Part shown: positions 13,116 to 34,541 of the stretch, piece by piece
How positions within the stretch are numbered: the stretch's first letter is position 1
How the letters are laid out: the number at the start of each line of letters is the position of its first letter
Position numbers and translations under genes: made by a program
Notes under the pieces: generated by a model
What the model saw: the letters and a program-made list of their open reading frames with translations, nothing else
Database searches by the model: none
Told to the model about the DNA's origin: nothing
Assembly (NCBI RefSeq): GCF_009914755.1
Contig: NC_060925.1
Source: the human T2T-CHM13v2.0 reference genome, Homo sapiens
Direction: 5' to 3' (one strand)
DNA: 64,000 nucleotides

Positions 13116-13569
13116 TGTGTCTTTTATTATGAATCAAGATGAGTACCTTTCCATACAGAGAATAATTTGTAATTTTTTTCCTGTGATTTATCTGTTCTTG
13201 AGTTGTGTTCATTTTTCTGTGGTATGATGGAAAACAGCCCTTTGTGATATATGTTACACTTATTCTTTTTCAGTCTTTTTGTCGTTTGACTTTGTTTATG
13301 GTATTTTGTTTTGTTTTTCTGTCTTACAGAAATTCATGATTCATGTATTTGGATTTATCAGTCTTTTATGGCTTCTAGGTTTGGGGCCATAATACACTCA
13401 GATTATTAAGTTATTTCTTTAATGGCTTTATTTTTATGGTTTTGTTTATCTTTGCTTCATCTGGAATGTGTTTTTGTATAAGGAGTGAAGTGGAAGTTTT
13501 GTCCCAAAATCACTTTTAATGAACACTCCTTCTTTTCTACACGATGTCATTTGAAATGCCACATTTATA

Positions 13570-13864
13570 ATTTTTTTTTTTGAGACAGAGTCTTGCTCTG
13601 TTGCCCAGGCTGGAGTGCAGCGGCACAAATCTCAGTTCACTGCAACCTCCACCTCCCAGGTTCAAGCAATTCTCTTGCCTCAGCCTCCTGAGTAGCTGGG
13701 ATTACAGGTGCATGCCACTACGCCCGGCTAATTTTTGTATTTTTAGTAGAGACGGGGTTTCGCTATGTTGGCCAGGCTGGTCTGGAACTCCTGAGCTCAG
13801 GCGATCCATCTGCCTCTGCCTCCTAAAGTGCTGGGATTACAGGCAAGAGCCACCACATCCGGCC
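13570..13864 (-). repeat. AluS
   Basis: TSD CCACATTTATAATTTT on both sides. Confidence 0.9.
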
Positions 13865-14019
13865 CACATTTATAATTTTCTAAATTCCCACATGCATATG
13901 GGTTTCTGGATTCTCTGCTGCATATGGGTTTCTGGATTCTCTGCTCTATTCCACTGACTTTTCTGTTAATTTTGATTCACCAGAACTGTGCTGTTTTACC
14001 ATTTAGTAGGGTCAGTCCT

Positions 14020-14981
14020 TGTAGGGTCCAGCCCCACAGGGTCAGTGGGTTTTCGCCCCATGTGTGGAGACGAGAGATTGTAGAAATAAAGACACAAGAC
14101 AAAGAGATAAAAGACAGCTGGGCCTGCGGGACCACTACCACCAAGATGCGGAGACCAGTAGTGGCCCGAAATGCCAGGCTGCGCTGATATTTATTGGATA
14201 CAAGACAAAGGGACAGGGTAAGGAGTGTGAGCCATCTCCAATGATAGGTAAGGTCACATGGGTCACGTGTCCACTGGACAGGGGGCCCTTCCCTGCCTGG
14301 AAGCCGAGGCAGAGAGAGAGGGAGAGAGGAGACAGCTTGTGCCATTATTTCTGCATATCAGAGACTTTTAGTACTCTCAGTAATTTGCTACTGCTATCTA
14401 AAAGGCAGAGTCAGGTGTACAGGATGGAACATGAAAGCAGACTAGGAGCGTGACCAGTGAAGCACAGCATCACAGGGAGATGGTTAGGCCTAGTCAGGCC
14501 CTCCACAAGAGGTAAAGGAGTAGAGTTGTCTCTAAACTCCCCTGGGGAAAGGGAGACTCCCTTTCCCAGTCTGCTAAGTAGCAGGTGTTTTTCCTGGACA
14601 GCGACGCTACCGCTAGACCATGGTCTGCTTGGCAACGGGCGTCTTCCGAGACGCTGGTGTTACCGCTAGACCAAGGAGCCCTCTGGTGGCCCTGTCTGGG
14701 CATAACAGAAGGCTTGCACTCTTGTCTTCTGGTCACTTCTCACTATGTCCCCTCAGCTCCTATCTCTGTATGGCCTGGTTTTTCCTAGGTTATGATTATA
14801 GAGTAAGGATTATTATAATATTGGAATAAAGACTAATTGCTACAAACTAATGATTAATGATATTCATATATAATATCTATGATCTATAGTATAACTATTC
14901 TTATTTTATATATTTTATTATACTGGAACAGCTCATGCCCTCGGTCTCTTGCCTCAGCACCTAGGTGGCTTGCCACCCACA
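14020..14981 (-). mobile_element. LTR13 solo LTR (HERV-K13/HML-4 group)
   Basis: Minus strand begins TGTGGGTGGCAAGCCACCTAGGTGCTGAGGCAAGAGACCGAGG; TG...CA ends; 6-bp TSD AGTCCT at 14014-14019 and 14982-14987. Confidence 0.85.
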
Positions 14982-15297
14982 AGTCCTCTCTTGTTACTCT
15001 TTTGTTTTTTTAAACATTTTTCTACTCATTCTTGAATTATTATTTTTCCTCAGTGAATAATAATAGCACTTATTTGGCATTTGTTATATGACAGGTACTA
15101 TTCTCAGTGCTCTATGTATCTTCATTTAATCCTCCTGACAGCCCTACCAGGCAGATACTATTATCCCCTTTCATGGAAGAGGCATCTGAGACAGAGAGGT
15201 TAAGTAACTTGTGCAAGGATACACAGCTAATAAGCAACAAGCCTGGATGAGAACCCAGAAAGGCTGGGTCTATGGGTAAAACCACAATTCCTTATCA

Positions 15298-15841
<544 letters not shown>

Positions 15842-16059
15842 CTATGCCTTTTCATTTTCAGTCCTGTGCTCTTCTGGAGTGTGTTAAATATAAATCTTGA
15901 TTTTTTTAACTTTATTTCCAGATAGTTTATCTTTTTTGTTGGAATCCTTTCCTCCACTATATTTTGTAACTGGTTATTATTTATATATAAGAAGGCTTTT
16001 GATATTTTAAATAATTTTATATCTCATTAAATTATCTTACTATTTAAAATAGTTTTTCA

Positions 16060-17105
<1,046 letters not shown>

Positions 17106-18086
17106 AAGGAAAAATAGTTTTTCAGTTGACTAAGTTGTGTTATCTAGAAATAGCCTCAAATTATAAGTTTACTTTTTCCTTTCTAATTTTTATGCTTACT
17201 ATTATTTTTCTTGTAATAGCATTAGCTAGTACAGTAATCCAGAAAATGTTAAATAATTTTTCATGATAATGGTGATAGTGGACTTCTTTGACTTGTTCCT
17301 GGTCATTATAGAAATAGAAATGCTTCTTCACTAAGCATGATGCTGGCTTTTGGGGTTGGTGTGGCATGAGCACACACATGTTTTATCACATTAAGAAAAT
17401 ACCTATCCCTATTTCTTTATAATCTATGGAGATTTTTCTTTGATCTCATATTGCGTGATATATTAACAGATTTTGTAATATTTAACTCATTTTACATTCT
17501 TGAAATGATCCTACCTGGTTGTGGTGTATACTTATTTTAATATTCTAACATTTTACAATTTTTGCATAGTTAGAAAAATTGACATTTATTTATCATAAAA
17601 TGAATAGCATGTACAGCATTGTTTGTAATGGCTCCCAAATTGGAAATAATCTAGATGTTCATCAATAATAGTCTGTTTAAAGAAAGTGTGGTAGAGACAT
17701 AGAATTAAATACAACGCAGACATTTTAAAAATGAGAAATATCTATATATATTGCTATATCCAAGAATATCCAAGATTATGTGAAAAAAGAAGATATGCAG
17801 ATGAATATTTTAAATGAGATTCCATTTGTGTTAAATAATGCCCATAGTAACAGTAGAAATTATGTATGTTTACTCCTATCACTGTGCATGCATAGATGAT
17901 TTCCCGAAAGATATTCAAACAATTAACAGTGGTTACTTTAGGGTAATGCTGGTTTGGGGGAAGCAGTGGTATGAAGGGAGGGAGCATTCCTTTTTACTGT
18001 ATACCTGTATGTAATGTTTCAGGTTTTTTCTTAATAAGCCATCTTACCTTTATAATAAAAAGTTAATTTTTAAAAAGTTAAAGGTC

Positions 18087-18382
<296 letters not shown>

Positions 18383-19479
18383 ATTTTTTTTTAATGCTAA
18401 AGAGGAAGGAAAAAAGAGTACCTACGTGTTCCTGGATCACCTTCACACAGGTAGCTCTAATACTGCTTATCCATTAAAGATTTCTCAAACTTGGTTTTTA
18501 AAAAACATTTATTGACCCCTTATGCTCTACTATATGCCTGATTTCAGTGATTAATAAGCCCATTAGGAGCCCATCTGTTAAGCATCTCTAGGAACTCCTC
18601 CTGATACTATTGGAGAAACATATAAACTAAATATCTCTTTTCAGAGTGATTCCAGCAGGAATCATATCCTGTAAGTCTTGTACACTGTGTTGAAGAGTGT
18701 GGACTTCACCCTAAAGGCAATGGGAAGCCACTGAATAGTTTTTAGTTGAGAAGCAGTAGGATTAGATGTGTGTTTTGTACCACTGTCTGGCTGCAATGTG
18801 GATCACGGGCTGGAATAACACAAAACTGGAAGTTGGAAGACCAGCCCAAGGTAGTTGGAGCTATCTAGGTAATAAAATGATGAGGACTGGAACCAGGGAG
18901 GTGGTTTGGAGAGAAGGTTAAGTATACAAACTGGAGATGTTTCAAGGGAGGCCAAATTGATGGGCCTTGATGAATTAAGGGATGTAAAGGAGAGAGGGAG
19001 CAGTCAGAATGACTCCCATTTCTAATTAGGCAGATGGGTGGGTGCTGAAGTAGTCACTGGGACCACAAACAAAGGAGTGAGAAGTGGGTTTGGGGATGGG
19101 GGATGGAAATGAGCTCAGATTTGCATATGTTGAGTTTGAGGTCTGTGGAACATCCTGGCAGCTGGATATACAATGCCAAGCACATAGCAGGCTCTCAGTA
19201 AGTATTTATAGAATGAAAGAATATCAGGAAGAGGAGAATTATAGGAAGGGAGAGGGAAAGAAAAGAAGAGAAGGTCTGGAGCTCAGGAGAGAGATCTATG
19301 CTTGGGATTTAAAATTCATTATCCTACAGATGGCACTTGAAGCTCTGGACAAAGATGAGATTGTGTAGGGAGAGTGTAGAGTAAGAAAAGATGGGCCAGG
19401 CGCGGTGGCTCACGCCTGTAATCTCAACACTTTGGAAGGCTGAGGTGGGTGGATTATGTGAGGTCAGAAATTCAAGACC

Positions 19480-26046
<6,567 letters not shown>

Positions 26047-29000
26047 TCAAGAGGAAAAGAGAATCACCTAACATTTTTTGAACACCTGCTTTATGCCAGA
26101 AAGTTTATTTAACCCTTACCATTTAATTATCCCCCAATTCTAAGAAGTGTGAATTATCCCCATTTTACAGATGAGAAAGTTAAGATGCAAAGATGTTCTG
26201 AGAGTCGGGTGAAATGATCAGCCTAAGAATGGTAGAAAAATGCCTGTCCTTCTGAGGCAAGAGGGAAGGGGGCAGAGATAAAAGCATGAAGGTAGACAGG
26301 GGACAACTGAAGGTGTTCATGTTTGAAGACCTAGCTTCTGTGTGCTCTCTTTTACAGCTCTACTCATACCTAGGACCTAAGGAAGGTATTGACAAAGTGG
26401 AAGCTGCCTTAAAGGATGAGACACTCCCACCTTTTTGTTGCCTATGACCAATACAGATTCTAAAAGACCAGAGGTCAGGAGCGGTTTCATATCAATTTCC
26501 TCCTTATCTGGGACCTTCTACATCCATCAGTTTATATTTTGTAACCTACTCACCCTCAGTATGTAACTTTTGAGTAGTAGTTTGTGCGAGGAACTATGCA
26601 CGAAGGAAATACAAACATGAGTGAGATAGAGTGAATATTCTTAAAAGTTGAGCCTAGTGAGGGACAGAGAGCATGGATTGGTGATTTCATTAATTAGGAT
26701 TGGTTTCAGCTATGAGTGTGACAGGACACCCACAATAATGGTGGACTTTACAAGATAAAGGCTTTTTCTCTCTCATGTAGAAATAACAGCTACCAGGGAA
26801 TAGCAGCTACTTAATCATGAGAGATCCAGGTTCGTTCTTATTCTTCCATCCTCAAAATGCATATTCTTCCATCCTCAAAATGCAGCTTCCACCTCCTGCT
26901 CCAAGATGGCTGCTTCTGGTCAACATACCAGGAGCCATCAGGTCAACGTACTAGCTTGTGGGAAGGAGATGAAAGGGCAGAGAAGGGCCCTACTCCAACC
27001 TCATCCATCTTTGAAGGACACTTCCTAAAAGTTGCACATACCACTTTTTTCTACTCACATCCCATAGGAAGGTGGGAATTACAGCTTTTTTCCCCCAGGT
27101 GGCCACATTCTCAGCCAAAAATCAAGTGTCCTGTAACTACAGAAGAAAGTTAAAGTCCAGCAATTTCTGCCAGTGATGCTGAAACAGGTGTGCAGATAGC
27201 TGTAGTTCAAGACAAGAATAAAAGTGTGACAGAGATTTACACTTACTAGTTCTGTGACCATAGATTAATCTCTGTGCCTCAGTTTCTCACTTATAAAATG
27301 GGATAATAGCACCTACCTCATAGGTTTACCAAATGCCTAAGTTATTACATACAAATATAATGTTACATATGTACATACGAACTTAGGTACATAAGTGTAA
27401 CATAAAAATAAGTTATATGTGTAAGTCCTTAGAACAGTCCCTGACAATAAGTGCTATATAGACATTTGTTAAATAGAAATAAGTGGAGTAAAAATAAGCA
27501 CAGGCAAATAGGAGTATATACATCCGTGTAGAGAATCTGAAAAAGGCTTTCTGAAGCATGTAGACTGTCAGCTCTGTGATGGCTAGGATGACCTCCTTTC
27601 CTGTGCACCCCTAGCACCTAGTGTGGTGCCTTACACAGAGGAGATGCTCAAAGTATTGGTTGCTGAATAGGCTTCAGGTCAGTACTATTTTGTTAGGTGA
27701 AATGGAGGCAGGAAAGATATTTTAGGTGGAACTAACCATATGAACAAAGACATAAAAGGTGAACCTGTCATGGTACTTGGTGTGCATGGAACTCAGTATA
27801 TGTTGATTGAATGAATGCTCAGTATCAAGTAGTTTGGTTTGGCTGAAATGTATCAGTCTGGTTTGGACAGAAAAACACATCACTCTAGAGAATTTAATAT
27901 AGGGAATTGTTCCACAGGTGGCAGAAATGCTGAAAGTGTTGGCAACGCAGATACTGCAACAGTAGGAAACGTCTACCACCTCTAGTGCCAGAGGGACAAT
28001 GGGAGATGGTGTTACCGGAACCTGGAAGCCTGAGTCATCTGGCTGGTGGGGGCTGGGAGCATGGTGGGGCCACAACCCAAACCAAGGCAGAGGAGAGAAA
28101 TACCCTGGTTTATTTCCTCTTCATGCCCCTCTGTCTTTTGTCAGTGTCTTACTGTTAAGCCAGTTGGCAAGGGAATCTGGGAAATGTAGTTTCCTGCAAT
28201 CCAGACACTCCAGAGCAGACCAGAGAAAGGGTGTGAAAAGAGCTGAGAGAGAAATAGGCAAGTAAGTAGCACAAGTGAAGTTTAGGGCATGAGTAGGGAA
28301 GCAGTGAATATAAACCTGTGGTGGCGTCATTTTGTGGAGGGGCTTGAATGTCAGGTCTTGAATGTAGGGTTTCTGTATGTGTCATTACGCAGAGGTGAGC
28401 CATAGAAGGTAAAATGCAGTATGGCCTCATTAAAACTGTTCAATGGGGAGGTTGGGGGAGAAAAGGGAAACAGTAGCTTCCCTTTGAGTACTTGTTATTT
28501 ACTAGGCATGGTGCTAGTTTTTATTTAATCATCTCAGAAAAATGATGTGTTTGGTTCCAGATACGTGGAATTTGAGATAACTTACTAGTACTTCATATGG
28601 GTAATTTGCACAGTTAATTGGAAATGTGAGTCTGCAACAGAGGGTGGGGGATAGAGATGTAAGGATGGAGACTCTGGTGTCATCTGAAGAGATGAGAGCA
28701 GAAGTTGAAGGAGAGGGAGGACAAGATACTCAAGTCAAACAGTATCGAGAAAGAAGATGAGGGCAGGCATTAGGGAAACCAACAATTTAAGTGATGGACA
28801 GAGTAAAAAAATAAAGAGTAGGTAGGAGAAGCAGAAAAGCTGATCTTCCTACCGAAGCAGAGTAGCTGAAGCCTCAAGAAGGGGAAGATCAGTGTGTCAG
28901 ATGACATTGTCTGGTTAGAAGGGATGAAGACTGAGAAAAAAATTGAATATAGCAGTATGTAGGAACAGTTTCTCTAGACTGGTGGGGCCATGAGGAGGTA

Positions 29001-30609
29001 AGGCAGCCTTCATCAGATGGCCATGGCTGGTTTAGCGGAGGAGGAGTAAGTAGTTTGCTGAGGCTAGGCGTGGAAGTTGGGTTCTGGGAGAATGGAAGTG
29101 TCCTGTATCTCCTGCGTGCTCTTTGGGTGTAGAGGCTGCATTAGCTTCCCTGCTGTACCCAAGTGCTTATATAATGCACAGGACTCAATTATTTGTGTTA
29201 GCTGACTCGCAGGATGAATGACTGAATTTGGCAGAAAGTATTTAAAATTGAATAAATGGATTGTGGAGTGGCAGTGAAAACCCAGCTGAGTCAATAGCTT
29301 CATTATACTTTCCTGAATCTCAATAATCTAGACTGGTAAGAATAAGAATAGTGAGTGTTTCCCTGACTGGGATTGGTGAGGCGAGAGTAACAGAAACCAA
29401 AAGACTATTAATAAAGAGACTAGCGGGGCATACAAAGAATTTTTGAAATGTCTGATGAATTGGGTCTAGATTGGTTAGGGAGAAAAATGTATCTTCATGA
29501 GGATAGAGGATTCAGAGAATGAGTGGCTGAAAGGCTTGAAATCATGATTTCACAATGTTTGGGGGGTGAGACCCAGGCATCAGCATTTTGAAGCCACCAT
29601 AGGTAATTCCAAATTGCAGCCAAGGCTAAGTTGGAGACAACTGAAGGGAAGACTAACAGGATAACAGATAACAAGATACAAATTGGGGTAGTCTGAGTTA
29701 AGAATCTTGACCACTGAATTCTCAAACAACGAGTCTAAGGCCATGATAGTGATTCGCTAAAGTGAACTGGAAATGAGGGTAACTGGAATTGATAAAATTG
29801 AGCTTGAGGAACTACAGGGCCATCTTGATTTGAAGGTATGTCTTGTATGTCCTCCTAGAAATCCTCTATGCACAAACTTACCTAATTTTACATTTCATAG
29901 TTCATTGGAGATGTCTCATTTCTCCAGTGATAGAACACTGATCCGCTTATGACATTTAATTATAGGTCATGGTATTGATCCTACTTCTTGGAAGATTTTT
30001 CTTCACTTCAAAAACTATGTGACAATGAGAATAATTGCACTTTACATTTTAATTAGACAGATGCTTGGGGAATTGGTTAATTAGAAAGCCCTTTTTGTTG
30101 CAACCCTTACTGAAAACTTTCAATAAAGATATTCATCTAATTAAATAGTAAGTACAAATTCCATTAAGTAAACAATTAGGCATTTTTCAATGGTTTGGGA
30201 TCTATTGTAGGTAATTATTCTGAACAAGTTGTCACTGCCTGAGAGACTGAATACCTGGTACATCTCTCAGAAATGTTAACTTTTTTTTCCCATTATGGTA
30301 TTTTCTTTAACTTGCTGTTTCTAAGAATGGGATCCTATTAATGTATACCAGTTACTAAGGTTTTGTTGAACTTTTTTATATAGCCTCCCCACTCCCCACT
30401 CCTTTTGTGACATCTAGTTATGGGACCCAAAAAAGACATTTTCCCAGGTTTCAGAAGAGGAATATTGGTGTTTCTCTAGAGCAGTTGGTTTATCATACAG
30501 CAGAACACTGAACACAGAACTGATTGTGTTGGATGCTAAGAACCTAGCCCAGAGCCCAACTTTATCAACTGTAGTCTTACAGCATCTACTTTGTTTTAAG
30601 AACATTTTG

Positions 30610-30910
30610 GGCCAGACGTGGTGGCTCCTGCCTGTAATCCCAGCACTTTGGGAGGCTGAGGCCGGTGGATCACCTGAGGTCAGAAGTTCAAGACCAGCCT
30701 GGCCAACATGGTGAAACCCCGTCTCTACTAAAAATACAAAAATTAGCCGGGTGTGGTGGTGGGTGCCTGTTAATCCCAGGTACTTGGGAGGCTGAGGCAG
30801 AATTGCTTGAACCCGGGAGGCGGAGGTTGCAGTGAACCAAGATCATGCCACTACACTCCAGCCTGGGCGACAGAGCGAGAGTCCGTCTCTCAAAAAAAAA
30901 AAAAAAAAAA
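30610..30910 (+). repeat. AluS
   Basis: Full Alu; degenerate TSD A(A/G)CAT(T/C)TTGG. Confidence 0.9.
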
Positions 30911-31073
30911 GCATCTTGGAGCCAGATGGTGTATAAATACAGCATTCTTTTCGAAATCTTTCAAGATCTTCTCAGGGGTATCTTGAAGGTCTCTTTCACC
31001 AGCACACCTGACTGTGGCAGCCCTTTGGATTCTTTATACTTTTCTGGTATAAAGCCTTCAAATAGTTCCAGTT

Positions 31074-31384
<311 letters not shown>

Positions 31385-31680
31385 TCAGTAAAACCTGTTT
31401 CTCAAAAGACTTGCTTATTAAAAAGCAAAACATAACTTCATCCATTATTTAAATATCCAGGTATTTGTAGAAGGCCAGAAGCACTAAAGGATACAATTCT
31501 CTCATACTGGGTCCTTATTTTATCCAGTAGAAGGCAAAACATAGTATTCCAGAAACAAAAGTAGTTTTTTTTTAAAATAAAAGAGAACAGACATAGATGC
31601 TTCCCTAACTCCAACTATGAATGTTATTGTCAGTTCTGCTATTACTAGCTTTTGACTCCAAGCAGTAAATATGAGATTTT

Positions 31681-32748
31681 GGACATAGGTATGGGCAGAC
31701 TGCATGACTAAAACACCAAAAGCAATGGCAACAAAAGGCAAAATTGACAAGTGGGATCTAATTAAACTAAAGAGTTTCTGCACAGCAAAAGAAACTATTA
31801 TCAGAGTGCACAGGCAATCTACAGAATGGGAGAAAATTTCTGTAATCTATCCATCTGACAAAGGGCTAATATCCAGAATCTACAAAGAACTTAAACAAAT
31901 TTACAAGAAAAAACCCCATCAAAAAGTGGGTGAAGGATATGAACAGACACTTCTCAAAAGAAGACATTTATGCAGCCAACAAACATGAAAAAACGCTCAT
32001 TATCACTGCTCATTAGAGAAATGCAAATCAAAACCACAATGAGATACCATCTCATTGCCAGTTAGAATGGCAATCATTAAAAAGTCAGGAAACAACAGAT
32101 GCTGGAGAGGATATGGAGAACTAGGAACACTTTTACACTGTTGGTGGGAGTGTAAACTAGTTCAACCATTGTGGAAGACAGTGTGGTGATTCCGCAAGGA
32201 TCTAGGACCAGAAATACCATTTGACCCAGCAATCCCATTACTGGGTATATACCCAAAGGATTATAAATCATTCTACTATAAAGACACATACACAAGTATG
32301 TTTACTGTGGCACTGTTCACAATAGAAAAGACTTGGAACCAACCCAAATGCCCATGAATGATAGACTGGATAAAGAAAATGTGGCACATATACACCATGG
32401 AATACTATGTGGCCATAAAAAAGCATGAGTTCATGTCCTTTGCAGGGACATGGCTGAAGCTGGAAATCATCTCAGCAAGAACAGAAAACTAACACAAGAA
32501 CAGAAAACCAAACACTGCATGTTCTTACTCGTAAGTGGGAGGTAAACAATGAGAACACATGGACACAGGGAGGGGAACATCACACACTGGGGCCTGTTGT
32601 GGGTGGGGGACTAGGGGAGGGATAGCACTAGGAGAAATACCTAATGTAGATAGGTTGATGGGTGCAGCAAACCACCATGGCACGTGTATACCTATGTAAC
32701 CTGCATGTTCTACACATGTACCCCAAAACTATTATTAAAAAAAAAAAA
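31681..32748 (+). mobile_element. 5'-truncated L1PA (L1PA7/8-like) 3' fragment
   Basis: ORF2 C-terminal remnant ([31 protein letters not shown]), 3'UTR and A-tail. Confidence 0.9.
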
Positions 32749-33599
32749 GATTTCATATTTGCTGATATCTCAAGGAAGCAGTATGCTGGAAAAATAGAGG
32801 TAAAGTGAATAGTAACATAAAGGAAGCTACAACTCACCAAGTATCAACAGAAATGACCAACACTCCTTGGGTGCCAGAAACCAGCTTAGCCAGGGTGCAT
32901 ACTGTACCACTGGAGAAGAGGTAAGCTGGGTTAACTTCGAAGAAACCCTGGCCAACTTAAAATTATAGTTTAATCCTGTTTTACTTGGACCACAACACTT
33001 AAATCTAGATAAAAACCAATTATTCCTCCCTGTTTCAGTTGCCAAGCAAGGAAAACAGCTCCTCTGCCCAAGCTTTCTAGGTCATATTCTTCATATCTTT
33101 GTATCCCAACTTTCTGGATCTGAATTTTATAGCTAACTATAGGGCATTGCCTCTCTACCATCTCCCGTCCCCTACACAGACACACACACACATACACACA
33201 TAAAACTACCTATTAATTACAATAATGTTTATATATCTTTGATCATTTTTTAAAGTTCTTTGAACATGTTAGCAAACTTTATACTTCCTATCTTTTAATT
33301 AAATTTTCTTTAAATAACTAAGCATTGAAAACTTTACAAACCATCAGTTATCTTAAAATGGTTGAGATTTTTTTTCCTTTTTTCCCATAAAGAGTCTACA
33401 CCAGGGTGGGTCTTTTAGACACCCCTATTTTCTAAGGGCATGTAATCGATTCTCAAATCAACTTTTTCCAAATACAAATTCCTGTATGAACAGGGCCAGT
33501 CTATGGTAAATTAATTTAGATGATGGTGTTAGTTTTCCAAACGTCTTTAATAAGTAAATAAAGGAGCAATGTAAAATGTTGCAGTTTGCTTGGTAAATC

Positions 33600-33693
33600 T
33601 TAATTGCGAAATTTCTTCTTCTTTCGGAACTTTTTTCCTGCTGCATTTGCTGCTTTTTCAGCCATGATCTCTGAGTACTTCCTTCGGTTGTAT
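33600..33693 (-). CDS. DNTTIP2: DNTTIP2 exon 7 (last coding exon, ends TAA)
   Basis: Acceptor TTTTCAG; encodes YNRRKYSEIMAEKAANAAGKKFRKKKKFRN*. The seven exons total 2271 nt = 756 aa. Confidence 0.93.
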
Positions 33694-34431
33694 CTGAAAA
33701 AGAAAAATCAGAACTTTATGTTTGATATATCAGACATTAGAAGTTAATATAACCTTAGGGTAAAAGTTGGGAATGGAGTGGTGGACAAGACAAGTATAGT
33801 CTCTGACCTCATAGCACTTGCTTGCAATCTAGGGAGAAAAAATGGCAACTGTAGTAGGAAGACTTTCCTACTATATGCACTATATCCATCTATCTATCCA
33901 TATATCCATATATGATCTATATATGCACTATATCCATCCACCAGGCTGTATCAAATGCTTTAAACATTTTTGAGGGATAAAAACACAAAAATCAGGACTA
34001 AGCAAAACAAAAAGTCACACTTATCCTGAAAATGCACAGTATGATATATATATTTCTTAGAAGCGACCAATGGTTTTCAAAGTGTGGTCTGTGGAGTAGA
34101 CCCTTTCAAGGGATTCATTAGGTAAAAACTATTTTCTCAAGAATACTAAGGCATTAATCGCTTTTTTCACCCTCGTTCTCTCATGAGTGTAGTGTTTTCC
34201 AGGGGCTACGTGATGTATGTTATCTGCAGAAGCAGGTATGAGCCTCTGTCTTTAGTTAAGCCAGACATTAAAGAGATTTGCACTAAATTATTTTTCATAA
34301 AAATATATATTCATGTTAATATGTTATGGGTTATTATAAATGAGTTATTTTTAAATTATTTGAAAATTTATAAGTTTATACATTTTTAAAGCAAAGTATA
34401 CATATTATAAAATAAATATGAATTCCTTTAC

Positions 34432-34541
34432 CTTCTGAATTCAGAATCAGCCAGCAGTTCTTCCACAATAGTTCTTTTCCTTTGCTTCTTGGGAATTCGT
34501 GAATGGTAGAAATCAGCTGGATTGTCAACAATGGTTCCAAT
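34432..34541 (-). CDS. DNTTIP2: DNTTIP2 exon 6 (Fcf2 domain)
   Basis: CACAG|IGTIVDNPADFYHSRIP..AG|GTAAAG; phase consistent. Confidence 0.93.

Noticed and set aside
26839-26884. 23-bp tandem duplication TATTCTTCCATCCTCAAAATGCA x2
   Set aside because: Real, but lies within an old MaLR-like repeat with no apparent consequence.
32827-33045. FKCCG read as a tetraspanin CCG motif
   Set aside because: No flanking tetraspanin features; other frames of the same segment look more domain-like.
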